NCBI RefSeq assembly: GCF_009914755.1
Contig: NC_060929.1
Length of the DNA stretch: 64,000 bases
Strand: one strand, 5' to 3'
Origin: the human T2T-CHM13v2.0 reference genome, Homo sapiens
The notes beneath the pieces were generated by a model. It was not told where the DNA came from. It did not search any database and saw only the letters and a list, made by a program, of their open reading frames with translations. How positions within the stretch are numbered: the first letter of the stretch is position 1; every line of letters starts with the position of its first letter. The translations under genes and the position numbers were made by a program. Below, one piece after another: positions 1 to 15,989 of the stretch.

Positions 1-87
1 ACTGCCACGAAGGCCCCAGCTCATGCCCCGCGCTCAGCAGAGAGTGGGCTTGGGCCTCATCTTCCTGTAACCGGGGGCTGGGGACCA

Positions 88-285
88 CTTTGATCTCACT
101 GTTCCCCTTGCTGCTGTTCACACCAGTACGGCGCCTTCAAGAAGTTATCCCAGGGCAATTTTCCACCTTTGAAGTCCCCGGAAAACCCTGCCAAAAGCTG
201 TTCTGGTGTGAGGATGCTGCAGGGGCAGGCAGCCTGGTGCCGCGGCCTCCCGGGTGCCAGAACTGGAACATCGAGACATCAAAGG
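88..285. promoter_or_regulatory. Candidate Wnt-responsive enhancer (three TCF/LEF sites plus GGCGCC)
   Basis: CTTTGATCT 88-96, CCTTTGAAGT 166-175, ACATCAAAGG 276-285, and GGCGCC 130-135 in GC- and CpG-rich non-repeat sequence. Function is inferred from motifs only. Confidence 0.4.
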
Positions 286-619
286 CGAAGGTGGCAGCAG
301 GGCGATGAGTAAGCTCCGCTGCAGGCTTGGCCTCGGCCCCAGAAGCCTTCTCCTCATCTCCCAGTGGTGGCTGAGCAGGACTAGGGAGACGACCCAGAGA
401 GCCTGGAGACCTGGCTTGGGGGAAGCCCTGTGGATGCTTCTGGAGGCGGACACTTCCCTGCTGCTCTGTGCCTGGTAAAGGCACCGACCACTGCAGAGCA
501 GAAGCAGAGTCCAATCCTGGCTCCAAGGCGCCCCTGACTGCAAAGCTTTGGTAACTCCCATCCCCTCTTGGGTCCCCAGTTTCTTCATCTGTCACATGAG
601 AATGTGGGATCAGACCCCA

Positions 620-1546
<927 letters not shown>

Positions 1547-1678
1547 GATTTCATTTTGTTTTAAGAGATTTGGCCCATGAGCCCCTATCATGTGTCATGC
1601 ACTCCCCTGGGGAGAAACAGTGAAGCAGACAGAGGTGACACGACCCTTCCCCTCTTGCAGTCACAGGTTGACTATATG

Positions 1679-1856
1679 CAGAGGTCTCTCAAAGTGTGCC
1701 TCATGGGTCCCTCAGAATCTGGTTAAGATGCAGAGAAATGCCTGGGCCCCAACCCAAATCTGCTAAATCAGATCTTCCGGGGGTGGAATCTGGAAATCTC
1801 CATTTTTAGCAAGCTCCCTGGAGGATGACCTTAGCCACATGAAAGCTCTTGCAGCC
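1679..1856. mobile_element. MER5-like hAT MITE
   Basis: cagaggtctctcaaagtgtg...gttaagatgcaga...cctgggcccc...aaatcaga...catttttagcaagctccc. Confidence 0.6.
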
Positions 1857-1949
1857 GTGGTGGAAAGGATCATCCACGGTGACTTGCAGCTGTGAGTCCA
1901 TGAGTCTAGTACACTCTCTCAGGCCTTGAGCGGGGAAGGAATCAGGGCT

Positions 1950-2157
1950 TACTGAGCCACCCCCATCTTCCAGGCACTGTGCTAAGTCCTTTCCATACCT
2001 CATTTCATTTCATCCTCGCAATAAACCAGGTACTGTTATTACCACCGTGAAACAGGTGGGGAAACTGAAGCATGAGGAGCTTGAGTAATGTGTGTTAGAT
2101 CACGCAACCAGTAGTGGCAGAGCTGGAATTCCGACCTGGGACTGCCTCCAAAGTTCT
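1950..2157 (-). mobile_element. MIR
   Basis: caggcactgtgctaag...acaggtggggaaactgaag...agtggcagagctgg MIR core. Confidence 0.75.
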
Positions 2158-2587
2158 TGCGTAAGAATACAGCTGCTACACTTGCCCTTCTTCAGCTGAG
2201 ACCAAGGAGGGAATTCTGATTGAAAGCAAACCAGGGAGGAAAGATGCACTAGCACTGACCTGTAACAGGTCAATCTGTGCCATGGCATGGCGAGATGAAG
2301 TGGAGAACCCATGTCTCATTGGAATCCCGGATCATCGTCTCCACGAAGGCTGTCTTCTGCAGCACTCCAGGGACTCACGGCTCTGGGCTTATTGCTCAGT
2401 GTCATGTGACAGTAAGTTTTGGCGAAGGCCGTTTGTAAGGTGATTTTAGTGGCTGGCTTTGAGTGGCTTCCCTCCAGATTCACAAAGGTTGGGCCACTTT
2501 TCCAGAGAACCTGAAATCAGAACCTGATTTCAGAACCTGAGAACCTCAGAACCTGAGCCACATCAGCTTTTGCCAACAAACTCCATG

Positions 2588-2640
2588 GTTTTGTTGTTGT
2601 TGTTGCTGCTGCTGCTTTGTTTGCTTGTTCTGTTGCTGTG
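2588..2640. repeat. Short (TTG)n(CTG)n microsatellite
   Basis: ttgttgttgttgttgctgctgctgct seen directly. Confidence 0.8.
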
Positions 2641-3027
2641 TAATGAATCTTCTTGCCATTGGCTCTTTCTCTGCCTTTATTCTAGGTTTGTACCAGGCAC
2701 ATCTCCAGAATTGTTGTCCTTTAGAAAAACATCTTGGTTCCAATGAGAAAACAAATAAAGAAAGCTAGAGTCTTAAAAAGCGAATTCGGAAATCAATCTA
2801 TCGACCAGATCATTATCGGGGGCGGGGGGGCCGAAGGGGTCGGGGAGGGCCATGGTGGTGAATAGAGAACAACTTTTCATAGCTCTCCTTTACAGGAAAA
2901 TCCAATATGGTTTATCTCTTCCCAAAATATTCATGATGGTCATGAAGTAACCCCTGAGCCTGGAATTGAGTTAAGTTTGGTATTCACAAAGCTGTGTAAC
3001 TTTGAACAGGTTGCTTCCCTTCTCTGA

Positions 3028-3368
<341 letters not shown>

Positions 3369-4264
3369 CTTGTTAGATAGTTTCTAAGATCATTATAGTT
3401 CTAACATTCTGTGAATTTAGTGCCTGGCATACACTAAGTGGAAGGAGAGAGAAAGAAAGGAAGGGAGAGGTGAAGGGAGGGAGAAATCAATCTGTGAAAG
3501 CTGTCTTTCATAGAGACAAGAATGAGTGTCTTTTCTGCCTCCAAGGACACTGCCTCTATCTCCTCAGCACATGCTGAGTTGAACTGTTGATAATGTAATA
3601 AGCTCTGCCTCATTCTCCCTTGAAATACCACTTTTTAGCCTGTGTTGTCACAGAAGAAAATGAGTCAATTAGAGAATTCAAGCAAGAGTGCTCTTTAAAA
3701 AGGACATGTAGATAGTTAATTGCAGTCAATTAGACCTGTTGTCTTGGTGGCTGGGTCTCCAGATAGGAGAAGAATGGGAAACGCCCAAAGGTTACTCATC
3801 TCTGGCAAGGAAACGCTGAGCTGTGCCATTTGACAGTGGCATCCAGGAAGTGTTGGAGCATCCAACCCTGTCTCCAGGGAGGCTGGCCTCTTCATCCCTG
3901 ATCTCATCTGCAGGACTTTTTCCCCACTAAGAGGAGCAAAGTTCAAGCACTTTCTCCTTGCCACTGGAGAGATGAGACACAAATCATAGTTAAAAGAATG
4001 GCATGGCAGGGCTGTGGGACAGCAGGACACACTGTTCTCAGGGAAATGGTTATTGGGCATTTTGCAGAATGTTTTGAGGAAGCAACTGCTCCTAAGAATA
4101 CTGTTATGTTTGAGCAATTTCAGACAAATCTTGGAAAGTTTCTTCACATGGTGATATCAGTTAGGCCCTATCAACCTCTTCAAATGAAGCCAAAATTACC
4201 TCTTCTAACCCAACTCCATAGCTGGTAGAAATCTAGTGCTACCCCAGATTCCTGCCAACCTCCA

Positions 4265-4742
4265 TGTCATGGAGATTGGCAACCAAATTTATATGTTGAA
4301 GTCCCAGCCCCCAGTACCTTGGAATGTGCCCTTATTTGGAAATAGGTTGCTGTAGACTTAATTAGCTAAAGTACAGCCACATCCAAGTAGGGTGAACCCC
4401 TAATCCAATATAACTGCCATCCTTATTAGAAAAAGAAATTTGGAGATTGCCCCACCCCTCGAACCCACACAAACACGGAGAATGCCATGGGAAGATGAAG
4501 GCAGAGATTGGGATGGTGCTTCTACAGGCCAAGGAATGTGAAGGACTGCCAGCAGCCCCCAGAAGCTAGGCAGGAAGCATAGAACAGTTCCTTCCTCAGA
4601 ACCCTCAGAAGGAACCAACCCTACCAACACCTTGATCTCAGACTTCCAGTCTCCAGAACTGTAAGACCATAAATCGTGTTGCTGAAGCCACTGTCTTACA
4701 GTTTGTGGTATTTCGTTACGGGAGCCCTAGCGAATGAATACA
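4265..4742 (+). mobile_element. MaLR LTR (MLT1B/C-like)
   Basis: tatgttgaagtcc...ttatttggaaatagg...aggcagagattgg...ttccagtctccagaactgtaaga...gaataca. Confidence 0.8.
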
Positions 4743-5041
4743 CTCTGCCCCTACTGAGGAGATGGTGTTATGGGAGCTTTGGTCCTCCAGGACCCGCCTC
4801 CAGAGCTCTGCCTTTTTCTATACCTGCTCAACCCAGAAGTGAAACTGCGCTCCTCTTTGCCTGACCCACCACTGGGCACTCATATGAAGCTTATGTGAAC
4901 TTACTAAAGGTTTGAGAAGGATGCAAGTCAAGGCCAGTCCTGAAGTGCACACTCTCCATAATCCCTGAAGACTCAGACTCTCCTCCTTTACCCTCTCTGT
5001 TCCCAAAGCTCCTGGAAGCTCAAATTCCTTCTGAGCTTTCT

Positions 5042-5044
<3 letters not shown>

Positions 5045-5076
<32 letters not shown>
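5045..5076. repeat. Poly-T tract (about 31 nt)
   Basis: Seen directly; not attached to a recognisable Alu. Confidence 0.9.
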
Positions 5077-5079
<3 letters not shown>

Positions 5080-5262
5080 GAGCAGTTTCCCACATCCTCT
5101 GAGAATTTGCCACCTGCTGCCACCCAGACCCTGAGGAAAGACCCCTTCCTCCAAAGCTCTTTTCAACATATTTCTCCAGGCAAAGCTATTTTCTTCCTCA
5201 CTGGCACAAAACATTTTTAAAAATTAAATCATTGTCACTGATTAAAACAAAAAGATACTGAC

Positions 5263-5830
5263 TGTATTAATTTTCTATTGCTGCATAACAACTTACTACC
5301 TATTTAGTAGTTTAAAACACACATGCATTTTCTCACTGTTTCTGTAGGTCAGGAATCCAGGCACCACTTAGTCGGGTTTTCTGTTTAAGATCTTCTCAAG
5401 GCTGCAGTCAAGGTGTTGACAGGGCTGTGTTCTCATCTGGAGGTTTGACAGGGAAGAGTTCACTTCCAAACTAGCTTGGGCTGTTGGCAGAATTCATTTC
5501 CTTGTGGTTGGAAGAGGCAAGCCCTCAGCATCTTGTTGGCTGTGGGCTAGAGGGTGCTCTCAGCTCCCAGAGGCAGCTTCTCCTTGCCATATAGGCTTTC
5601 CAACATGGCTGTTCACCTCCTTAAGCCAACAAAGAGAGTCTCTAGAGTGAGTCAGTTAACAAGACAGAAACTTTCACAATGTAAGGTAATCATAGGAGTT
5701 ACATTTCATCACCTTTGTCATATTTTCTTGGTTAGAAACCAGAGGTCCCACCCACACTTAAAGGGAGAGAATTACACAAAGGTGTGAGAGTTAAGGATCA
5801 TGGGAAGCCATTTTAAAATTTGTCTGCATA
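5263..5830 (-). mobile_element. MaLR LTR (MLT1F-like)
   Basis: tgtattaattttctattgctgcataacaa...ggtcaggaatccagg...gctgcagtcaaggtg...ggcagaattcatttcc. Confidence 0.75.
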
Positions 5831-5859
5831 TGACAATGCAGCAGGTACAATTGGCTCCC

Positions 5860-6600
<741 letters not shown>

Positions 6601-7473
6601 AACATGACTCTCCTAGAGAAAAACCTGGAACCCAGAGCACCTGAATAGAAACTCTTAATTATATCAATGAGGAATAGTTAACTTAGCCAAGTTTCCATTG
6701 AATATGAAGAACTGTAAAATAATGTCAGTTCTAGCCAAGAACTGAAAAGTAATGTCAGTACTCTATAATGTGTAATTCATAGTTGCTACATGTAATCAGG
6801 CTTGGCCAATTGTTTCCAGGAAGATGGCACCCTCATTTCTGAATGAGGATGACCATTTTCCACTAATCCAGAGGTAAAACAGTCATTGTAACTGCACTGA
6901 AATTTGCTGTATCAAGTGAGACATGAAGGTAAATGTCATTGGCCCAGAGTAATTAGTCTTTTCCAGTGCTTAAAGGAAGGGAGAGAAACTAATGCCTATT
7001 GAGTGCCTTCAAAGCTTCTGCAATGTGCTGGTACCCACATGTTTCCAATTATTCCTCACAACACTATGGAGAGGTTATTTTGCCTGTTTTGCTGATCAGG
7101 GAACTGAGACTCACAGAGTGACACCAACCCATCAGTATTTCAGGTTTCTGGGGAGGGTCCAGAGAGCAAGGGGGAAGCTGCTAATTGCTTGTTGGTTCAA
7201 GAGAAATGTTATCTCAGTAGACTAACGTATGGACTTTCTGATGTCAGAAAATGCAAACTATGTAGTGTAACCTGTTTGCCATTTTTTCTTTGTATCCGCA
7301 AACTGACAGCAAAATATATTGCACAAGTATTATAAATCTGTTCAGTTCAAGTGCCAGAGAACATTTACTCTGCTTCCTTCATGAGGTAATTCAAAACTTT
7401 GTTTTTAATATTTATTGAGTGTCTGGGTAGGTAAACTGCTATGCCGTCCTATGGGGAATTTCAGATGTGTTGT

Positions 7474-7510
7474 CTGTGTGTGTGTGTGTGTGTATGTGTG
7501 TGTGTGTGTG
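7474..7510. repeat. (TG)n microsatellite
   Basis: Seen directly. Confidence 0.95.
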
Positions 7511-7569
7511 GTGTTTTCTGGTTTTGATTGTTGACGTTTTCTTGATTTTTTTTGACAGGAGCATCTTTA

Positions 7570-8500
<931 letters not shown>

Positions 8501-8999
8501 TTGAGCAGCAGACAATGTCTTTAAAAGACTTATTTTGCTCTGGGTTTTAATCTTAAAATACTCTAAATCCTCTTAGAAGTAGGTAGGGTCAGATCTTCAA
8601 TCTGGATGGATTTACGTAATGGGTCTATGAAAGGGATAGAAAGTCAAAGCAAGGGGGTGAGGCGGGGGAATGATGCGAAGTCAAAGCCCTCCCCCTCGGG
8701 GGCCCCTAGCCCATCCCTGATCCCTCACCCTTTGCAGGGCATGTCCAGAGCTGCCACTGCCCTGGGCCTCCACCCCACAGCCCAGGACCACACCTTAACC
8801 TGGAAAGTCGTGGACCTCCTCAGGGGAGCTCAGGGATCAGATGGGCCGATGGGTGTTACTGTGGCCAGGAGCACTGGGTCTTGAGTATGTGGGTGGAACT
8901 TTCCCTCATCCCCTGACCACGTCTAACCACATGGCCTCTCCACTTTGATAGTGGCGAGAAGAGTAGCCTCTTGCTTTTGCATGTTTTCCTAATCACAGC

Positions 9000-9180
9000 G
9001 TGCTTTCTTGTCTGCTATTTCATTTGACTTTTTTCAACCAGCCGCTGAGGTGGGGATTATTAGCACGCCCTTTGCAGATGAGGAAACTGAAGCCCAGGGA
9101 GCTTTGGCAACCTGCCCAAGGTCACACAGCCAGTGAAGGAAAGGGCTGAAATCAAACCAGGCCTGTCTGACTGCAAGGCA
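9000..9180 (-). mobile_element. MIR
   Basis: ttgcagatgaggaaactgaag...cctgcccaaggtcacacagc. Confidence 0.8.
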
Positions 9181-10029
9181 GGGTCTTACGGCTGCCTCCG
9201 GTGGGTAGGTCCGGGACCCAGCTGGTTTCCGTCCTGTGGCTCAGGTGCGAGGAGAGCCTCCCTGGGCCACCTGGGGAAGTCTGACTGACGTGCCAGATCC
9301 TCACAGAACAAAGGTAAGGCCTCAGCCTTCCCCCTGGCCCAGGTCTTTCCATGTCCAGTGCATTCCTGAATGCTCCCAGTACTCTGGAAAATGGGGATTC
9401 ATGCTGCCATTTTAATTGGAACCCAATCTGTTCTGACTTCAAATCTAGTGCTCCTTCTCCATCCACCCACCCTCCCTGAACCATGCCCAGGAGATCGAGA
9501 GATTTTCCTAATAAACAAGTCATGTGCTACAATGCATGTGCTACACAACCACTGCCCGCTTTGTCTCTCCCCCTAGGAGAGAAGGGGACTCCTGAGAGGC
9601 CCCAGCAGCGTTATCTGGGCAGAGAAAGTGAGTTTGAAGACCTCACACTCCATCTGGACTTTATCAGCTCCTTTCCTGGGTAGGATTACAGTAAACGATT
9701 ATCTACAGATCTGGAGCCAGCAAGGACTTTGAAGGCCCCAATTGCCAAGGGGGTGGTGAAATGGGGGAAGGGCTGGAGACGCAGGAGATGAAAAAGCAGT
9801 GCAGGCATCTTATCTTCCTCCTGAAATCAAACAGGCTGGGCCTGGGCAGGGTGGGAGAGGTACGCTGTCTGTGAGGCTGACAGTCTCTAGCCCTGGCTGG
9901 CCACAAAAGATACAGAGAGAACCAGATGAAGGCCCTTCACTGTCTTCTCCTGATCCTCTCTCCCTCCTCCTGGTTTCTTTTATTAATTCATTCATTCACT
10001 TGCATCTTTCAGCCTGTTAGTTACAATAT

Positions 10030-10240
10030 CTGACACGCTCTGAGCTCTCCCGCCAAGCCAAGTGCTTAGCATCCATCCCCTCATGTGGTCTTCACCATGA
10101 CCTTCTGGGAGAGGTGCCAGAATTAGGCCCATTTTACAGATGAGGAAAATGAAGCCCCAGAGGCTAAGTAATAGGATGAGCCTGGGATCACACAGCTAGT
10201 AAATGGTAGGGTCTGGATTCTCTTAAACCTGCATACATTT
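10030..10240 (-). mobile_element. MIR
   Basis: cccattttacagatgaggaaaatgaag...atcacacagctagtaaatgg. Confidence 0.8.
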
Positions 10241-11079
10241 ATTCTTCCATTTCCCCCTGCCTGCCTGCTTTCCTCTCATAATTCATTTATGTATTCAGTT
10301 TTTCATATTCCCATTGCTTGTTCATTTTGAAGTTCCTTCCCTTCTTGCTTATGCATTTCTTCTGTCCCTTCCTGTCTTCCTCCTGTCTCTTCCTTCCTTC
10401 CATGACCACATCCTGAGCCTACTGTGTGCCCTGTCACCCTGCCATCAGGACATGGGGCTCCTGACAGATGACTGCTGGGGAGGGATATGTGAGACCACCT
10501 CCTCCAGGGTCGACCTCCTCAAATGAGGCTTTTGGGCTGTGCCTCCCTATGCCTGATTTGTCCCAGTGTTTGCCAAAAATTTTAGGCTTTGATAATCTTG
10601 TGAAGATGTTTCAGCCAAGCAAGTCTTGAGACTCCATTGGTGTGGGAGTAAAAGTGGCCTGGGGAAGCCACTTCTTGCAGTTTCCCCTAAGCAAGGCTCT
10701 TTCTGTCCTTGCTGTTCTGACATCCACTCCCTCAGCAAACATCATTAAGGACCTATCATGGGCAGCCCCTGGGGCCCACTCCCATCCTCTAGCTGTCTCG
10801 ATTTCATACCTCCCTAGCTCTAGAAAATTCACTCCTAGAAGGCAGGGAATTGGCGTCAAGGAACGGGTTCACAGCCTTGGACTCCTTTATTCATTCATCT
10901 TTTTTCCTAGCACCTAACACAGGGCCTGGCTTAGACTGAAGGCTAATAAATACAGGATCAAAAGGCAGTGAACCATCATTCTCTGTCACTCTCCAGGAGC
11001 TGGCCCACTCACCGTGCTAGACATTGTACTGGATATAGTAGTCCCGCATCGTTGTATCACTCTCATTTCTAGCTGGAGA

Positions 11080-11450
11080 AGTACCCCTCCTTTTCTAGGT
11101 GCGGTTATGGGGTCGCTATCACCTGAAGTGCCCGCCACTCACCCTGTAGTCTTGGGTGGGTATGTGATCTCAGCTAAAACAGTCGAGGTCTCTCTCCCTG
11201 GGCTTGGAATTGTAAACCAAGTGATGCAGAGAAAGAAAAAACACAAGCCCTTGGAGCCCATCACATCCCATCACCGATGAGGCTGTCCAGCGGTTCTGGC
11301 CCTCAGAAGCCCCAGAGAACTCCAGTTTCTGTCCTTTTCCGAGTGTGGCTTTCTGTCCACTTTATGGCTGCTCAACCTCCCTCCAGTATGCCCCTTCTCC
11401 CCTTAGTCAGTGAATGTCTGTTTCTGTGCTTGCAAATGATAAATCCTAAA
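11080..11450 (+). mobile_element. Probable ERVL LTR remnant (LTR16/LTR33-like)
   Basis: gggtatgtgatctcagc...ctctccctggg and a terminal tgtttctgtgcttgcaa...atcctaa. Weak, from recall. Confidence 0.35.
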
Positions 11451-12089
11451 TGATGCCCCAGGACATGGTTTCCAAGGCCAGCTATTGGAGCCTCACCAGA
11501 AATGTTCATTCTGCCTCATCAGTGTCTTGGCTATTGCCTTTTTGGAACTGCTCTGACCTCTCCTCTTTCCATCCTGCAGCACCCCCTCTCTCAGCACCAG
11601 GGAGCTCCTCCAGGAGCACTTCCTCCCATGTCTGTGTTCGCCGTTAAGACTGGACACACCAGGATGATCTTTCAACTTTGGGTCCAAAGGCCCTCAGTGG
11701 ATGTAAAATAGGTACATGAGGCCTTGAACTGAACATTTTTTTCACTTCACCATAACCTGGATTTTCCCAGTTTAGGAGCATCTGTTTGTCTTGATAACGT
11801 TTGGAACAAAGTGAAAAAAACTGGACTTTGAAGAGAACTTCAGGTGAATTACACATTTAAGTCAGATTTTCCATGTCTTTGTCCCATGTTCAGTAATTCA
11901 AGCTGTTAGGAGCCCTCAACTTTGTACATATATTTCCTTCCTATCTCTGCCTCTTCATACCTGGTACTTACCGTGGAATTTGAAATCTTTCTGTGGCTGT
12001 AAGCAAGAAAGGCGGGAAAAATACAAGAAGTTAAAGGGGATTGGATGGTTCAGATTTGGTTGATGAATGAGATGGTTTAGAGGCATGTC

Positions 12090-12540
12090 TTGTAAGAGAT
12101 AATTTTCTATGTGCCAGGTACTATTTATGAATCCCACATTATCTTATTAATGCTCACAACAAGCCTTGGGGGTAAATAGATTATCATCGCCATTTCACAG
12201 ATTAGGAAAGTGAGGTTTCAGCAGTCAATTGCTCAAAGGTCTCCTGCTAGTGAAACAGTCGTCTATCCAAACAGTCTGAATGACCTGTGCACATGGGAAC
12301 GTGCCACGCAAGCCAAGGGCAGGAAGGATGAGAAGAGGTGGGCAGAAAGCCAGCTGGGATGAATGAAGGACCTACTACGTGCAGGCCCAGGGTCAGACAT
12401 TTTATTTTCTTGATTGCACTTCAGCCTCCCAGCAGCCCTGTTTTACAGATGAAGAAACTGAGGCTCAAAGAGCTGGAGAAGGTTGTTGCCCAGGGTCCTG
12501 TGGAGAGAAAACTCAAGCTCCGGCTGTTCCACTACTCTGG
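12090..12540 (-). mobile_element. Two MIR fragments
   Basis: ccatttcacagattaggaaagtgagg at about 12190 and ttttacagatgaagaaactgaggctca at about 12440. Confidence 0.7.
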
Positions 12541-12775
12541 GACACCACCCCCAGTGGGAACCCCACTTTTACAAGGATTCGAAGGTAGGTGAGGACTTAT
12601 CTCCTGAAATAATTAGTATACTTACTTTTTTGTTACATATTCCCACTAAAGGTTTGCAGCCCCACCCAGCTTGAATATCAGGAGAATGGCAACAAAATCT
12701 GGTTCAAGGCTCACAGAATCCACGAAAGATGCCAGCCCCTCCACGGTTGGAGAGTGATTCACAAATGTGTCTTTA

Positions 12776-13213
<438 letters not shown>

Positions 13214-13749
13214 TCAGGTCCTGACCACAGCCCTTAATAAGGACAAACCTCTCAGATTGCTGCAGCCTTCAATACGCATGTTCCTATAGTGCCTGGCCAA
13301 TAAGAAGTACTTACACAGTAGCTGTTATTATTGTAAAGGCGGCGCAAAGAGTTAAGGAAGGCCGGTAGCTAAGCTGAATCTGAGTTGCATCTTGTAGGCC
13401 ATGGTATGTGAAAGAAGGGCAGGCCAGGAGGGGGAACAGAGTGAGTAAAGCCCAGAGGCAGGGGCATGGAAAAGCAGGGAGGAGTTAAGCTTGGGGCAAA
13501 TATCCTAAATGAAGGGGAATAAAAGGCAACAAAGTTTGCAAGTTGCACCGGGGCCACATCTTGGAGTTGTTTGAGAACATGTCCCATGAGGCTGCATTTA
13601 ACACCAGCCACTCGCGCTTCCACCCCAACAGCAGGAGTATCACATCCACATGCCATGTGCGCAATTCCTTACTTTATATCCTCCTCTAAGATAAATCTAC
13701 CCTCCCTCTTTTTTAAGCATAAGAGCATTTATTCTAAAAGGAAACTTTT

Positions 13750-14139
<390 letters not shown>

Positions 14140-14794
14140 TCACTAGACACTCCTGCCCCAGCAGAATCTGGTCAAAAGCTAGGTCAGCAAATTTCAGAGG
14201 CAGTATTAAGGACAAAGTAGCAACAATCCAAACTTTCTTTTTAGGTACTCAGAAAGACTAACAGAACATTGAGAAGGGGTGTTAGTCACATCCCCAAACT
14301 GCAAGAGGCCAGAAGATAGCGAGGGGTCTTTCAAACAATCTAAAATCTGAGACCCCAATGTTGGAAAAGAGAAGGAAGGGAATGGGTTAAAGTGCCAGTT
14401 GCTCCCTCCTCAGATAGCAGGGCCCTGGACATCCCTAAGATGTCCCCTTCCTCTTTCATCCTTCCCTGATTCCAGCCTCCCCACCTTCCCCAGGCTGGCT
14501 TGCCTGATTTTGTGAGCTCTTCAGCCGGCTTAAAGTGTAATTCTGTATTTCTGATTCTATCTGTGTTCCAGGAGGCATTATCTCTATCTCTGTAATAGCT
14601 TCTCAAGCAAAAACATTTTACTGGGTAAAAGAGCAAGGAATAGGCATGACCTGATGCTGATTTAAAGCAAGATTCCAGGCAAGCCCCAGAGCCCTCTCTA
14701 AGTAGCCTCTCTCCTTTCTGCTGTCTAACGAAACAGCTCCTAATGGCCATGGTATCATATTGCATCTCATATTTACACAGCACTCGGCACACAT

Positions 14795-15100
14795 TCACTT
14801 ATTCAGCGGACATCCATTGAGGGCCTATTATGTGCCAAGTCTTCTGGGTGCTGGCAATCAACAGTGAACAAAGACCCGTGAGGTTCTTGCTCTACTTGGG
14901 AAAACAGGCAATAAACTCTGAAACAAGTAAATAAACACGATCATGATGAGGCTACTGAAAAAGCAATGTGGTAGCAGCGTGACGATGATGTGCCATGGGA
15001 GACAGGTGGCAACATCAAAAAAGGTAGACTACCCCCGCCCTCCGAAGAGGTGGCATGTGAGCAAGAAGGAGCCGGCCAATGGAAAGCTCTGAAAGCAGAG
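14795..15100 (-). mobile_element. L2 3' fragment
   Basis: ttattcagcggacatccattgagggcctattatgtgccaag...acagtgaacaaagac. Confidence 0.65.
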
Positions 15101-15269
15101 TCTTTTAAAAACAAAACAAAATCAAAAAACAAAAACAGGGCTCAAAGAAGATGTCTGCACTTCTGCCAGACGGGGCAGAAAGAAGATAATGGTGCTCCAA
15201 TCAGGGAGACTGTGGAGGCAGTACAGGTGACAGGAGGCAGGGAAACGAGAATTAGCCAGAAACACAGTA

Positions 15270-15450
15270 GGTTTGCCATGTCAGTCAGACACTCGAGTGT
15301 GTTCTTGCTCTTCTCAACAAACCATAAAGTAAGGACGATCAGTGTTTCCCATTTTACAGACAGGAAAACTGAAGCTCGGGAAGGCTACCCAGGTACATAG
15401 GGGCAGTGGTGGGATGTGAATCTATGGTTTAGGATGCTGACGCCAGCACT
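15270..15450 (-). mobile_element. MIR
   Basis: cccattttacagacaggaaaactgaagctc. Confidence 0.7.
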
Positions 15451-15989
15451 ATCCCACCTGCCTCATGGTAGAGCAGTGTCCAGACACAGAGGTGGCAATG
15501 CAGCAGCTCAAGTGGCAGCTCCAGCACTGCATGTGTTTTGTCCGTTCTACATGGGTTTGGAAAAACTCACCTGAGCTAGCGATCAACTCTTAAATATAAC
15601 CCTTCACTCAAAAATCTGGCTGTCTATCTGAAAATATTTGAAGACCTGGTCATAGTGGGACCATGATTTGAATGACAACAATGGGCTGGAGCAGTATCTC
15701 TGCCCACCTTGAGAGAGGGATGGGCACTCTGTTTTTCCACAGCCCCCACCTCTCCCGATTGCTTGCCCCGGCCCCTTCACTCCTCTCCATTGCATTCATG
15801 GCCTCCCTATGCATTCGGCTTTGAGGCCCCAGCTCTCTAGTGATGAAATATGTGGGAAGATCCACAAAGCCCAGCAAACGAGGAGTGACCAGAGGAATTG
15901 AGTTACAGTTCCTCCCTAGAACACTTTCCTGCCTTTCTGATGTAATCACTTTGCGCAAACAGTAGGAAATGTTCAGAAGAGCTGCTACA

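Noticed and set aside
2546-2743. ORF with a polyglutamine run
   Set aside because: Translation of the (TTG)/(CTG) microsatellite; no exon context.
5045-5076. Poly-T as the tail of a second retrocopy
   Set aside because: No recognisable Alu, L1 or mRNA body follows it. The flanking ttctccat/tttcccacat similarity is too weak to call a TSD.
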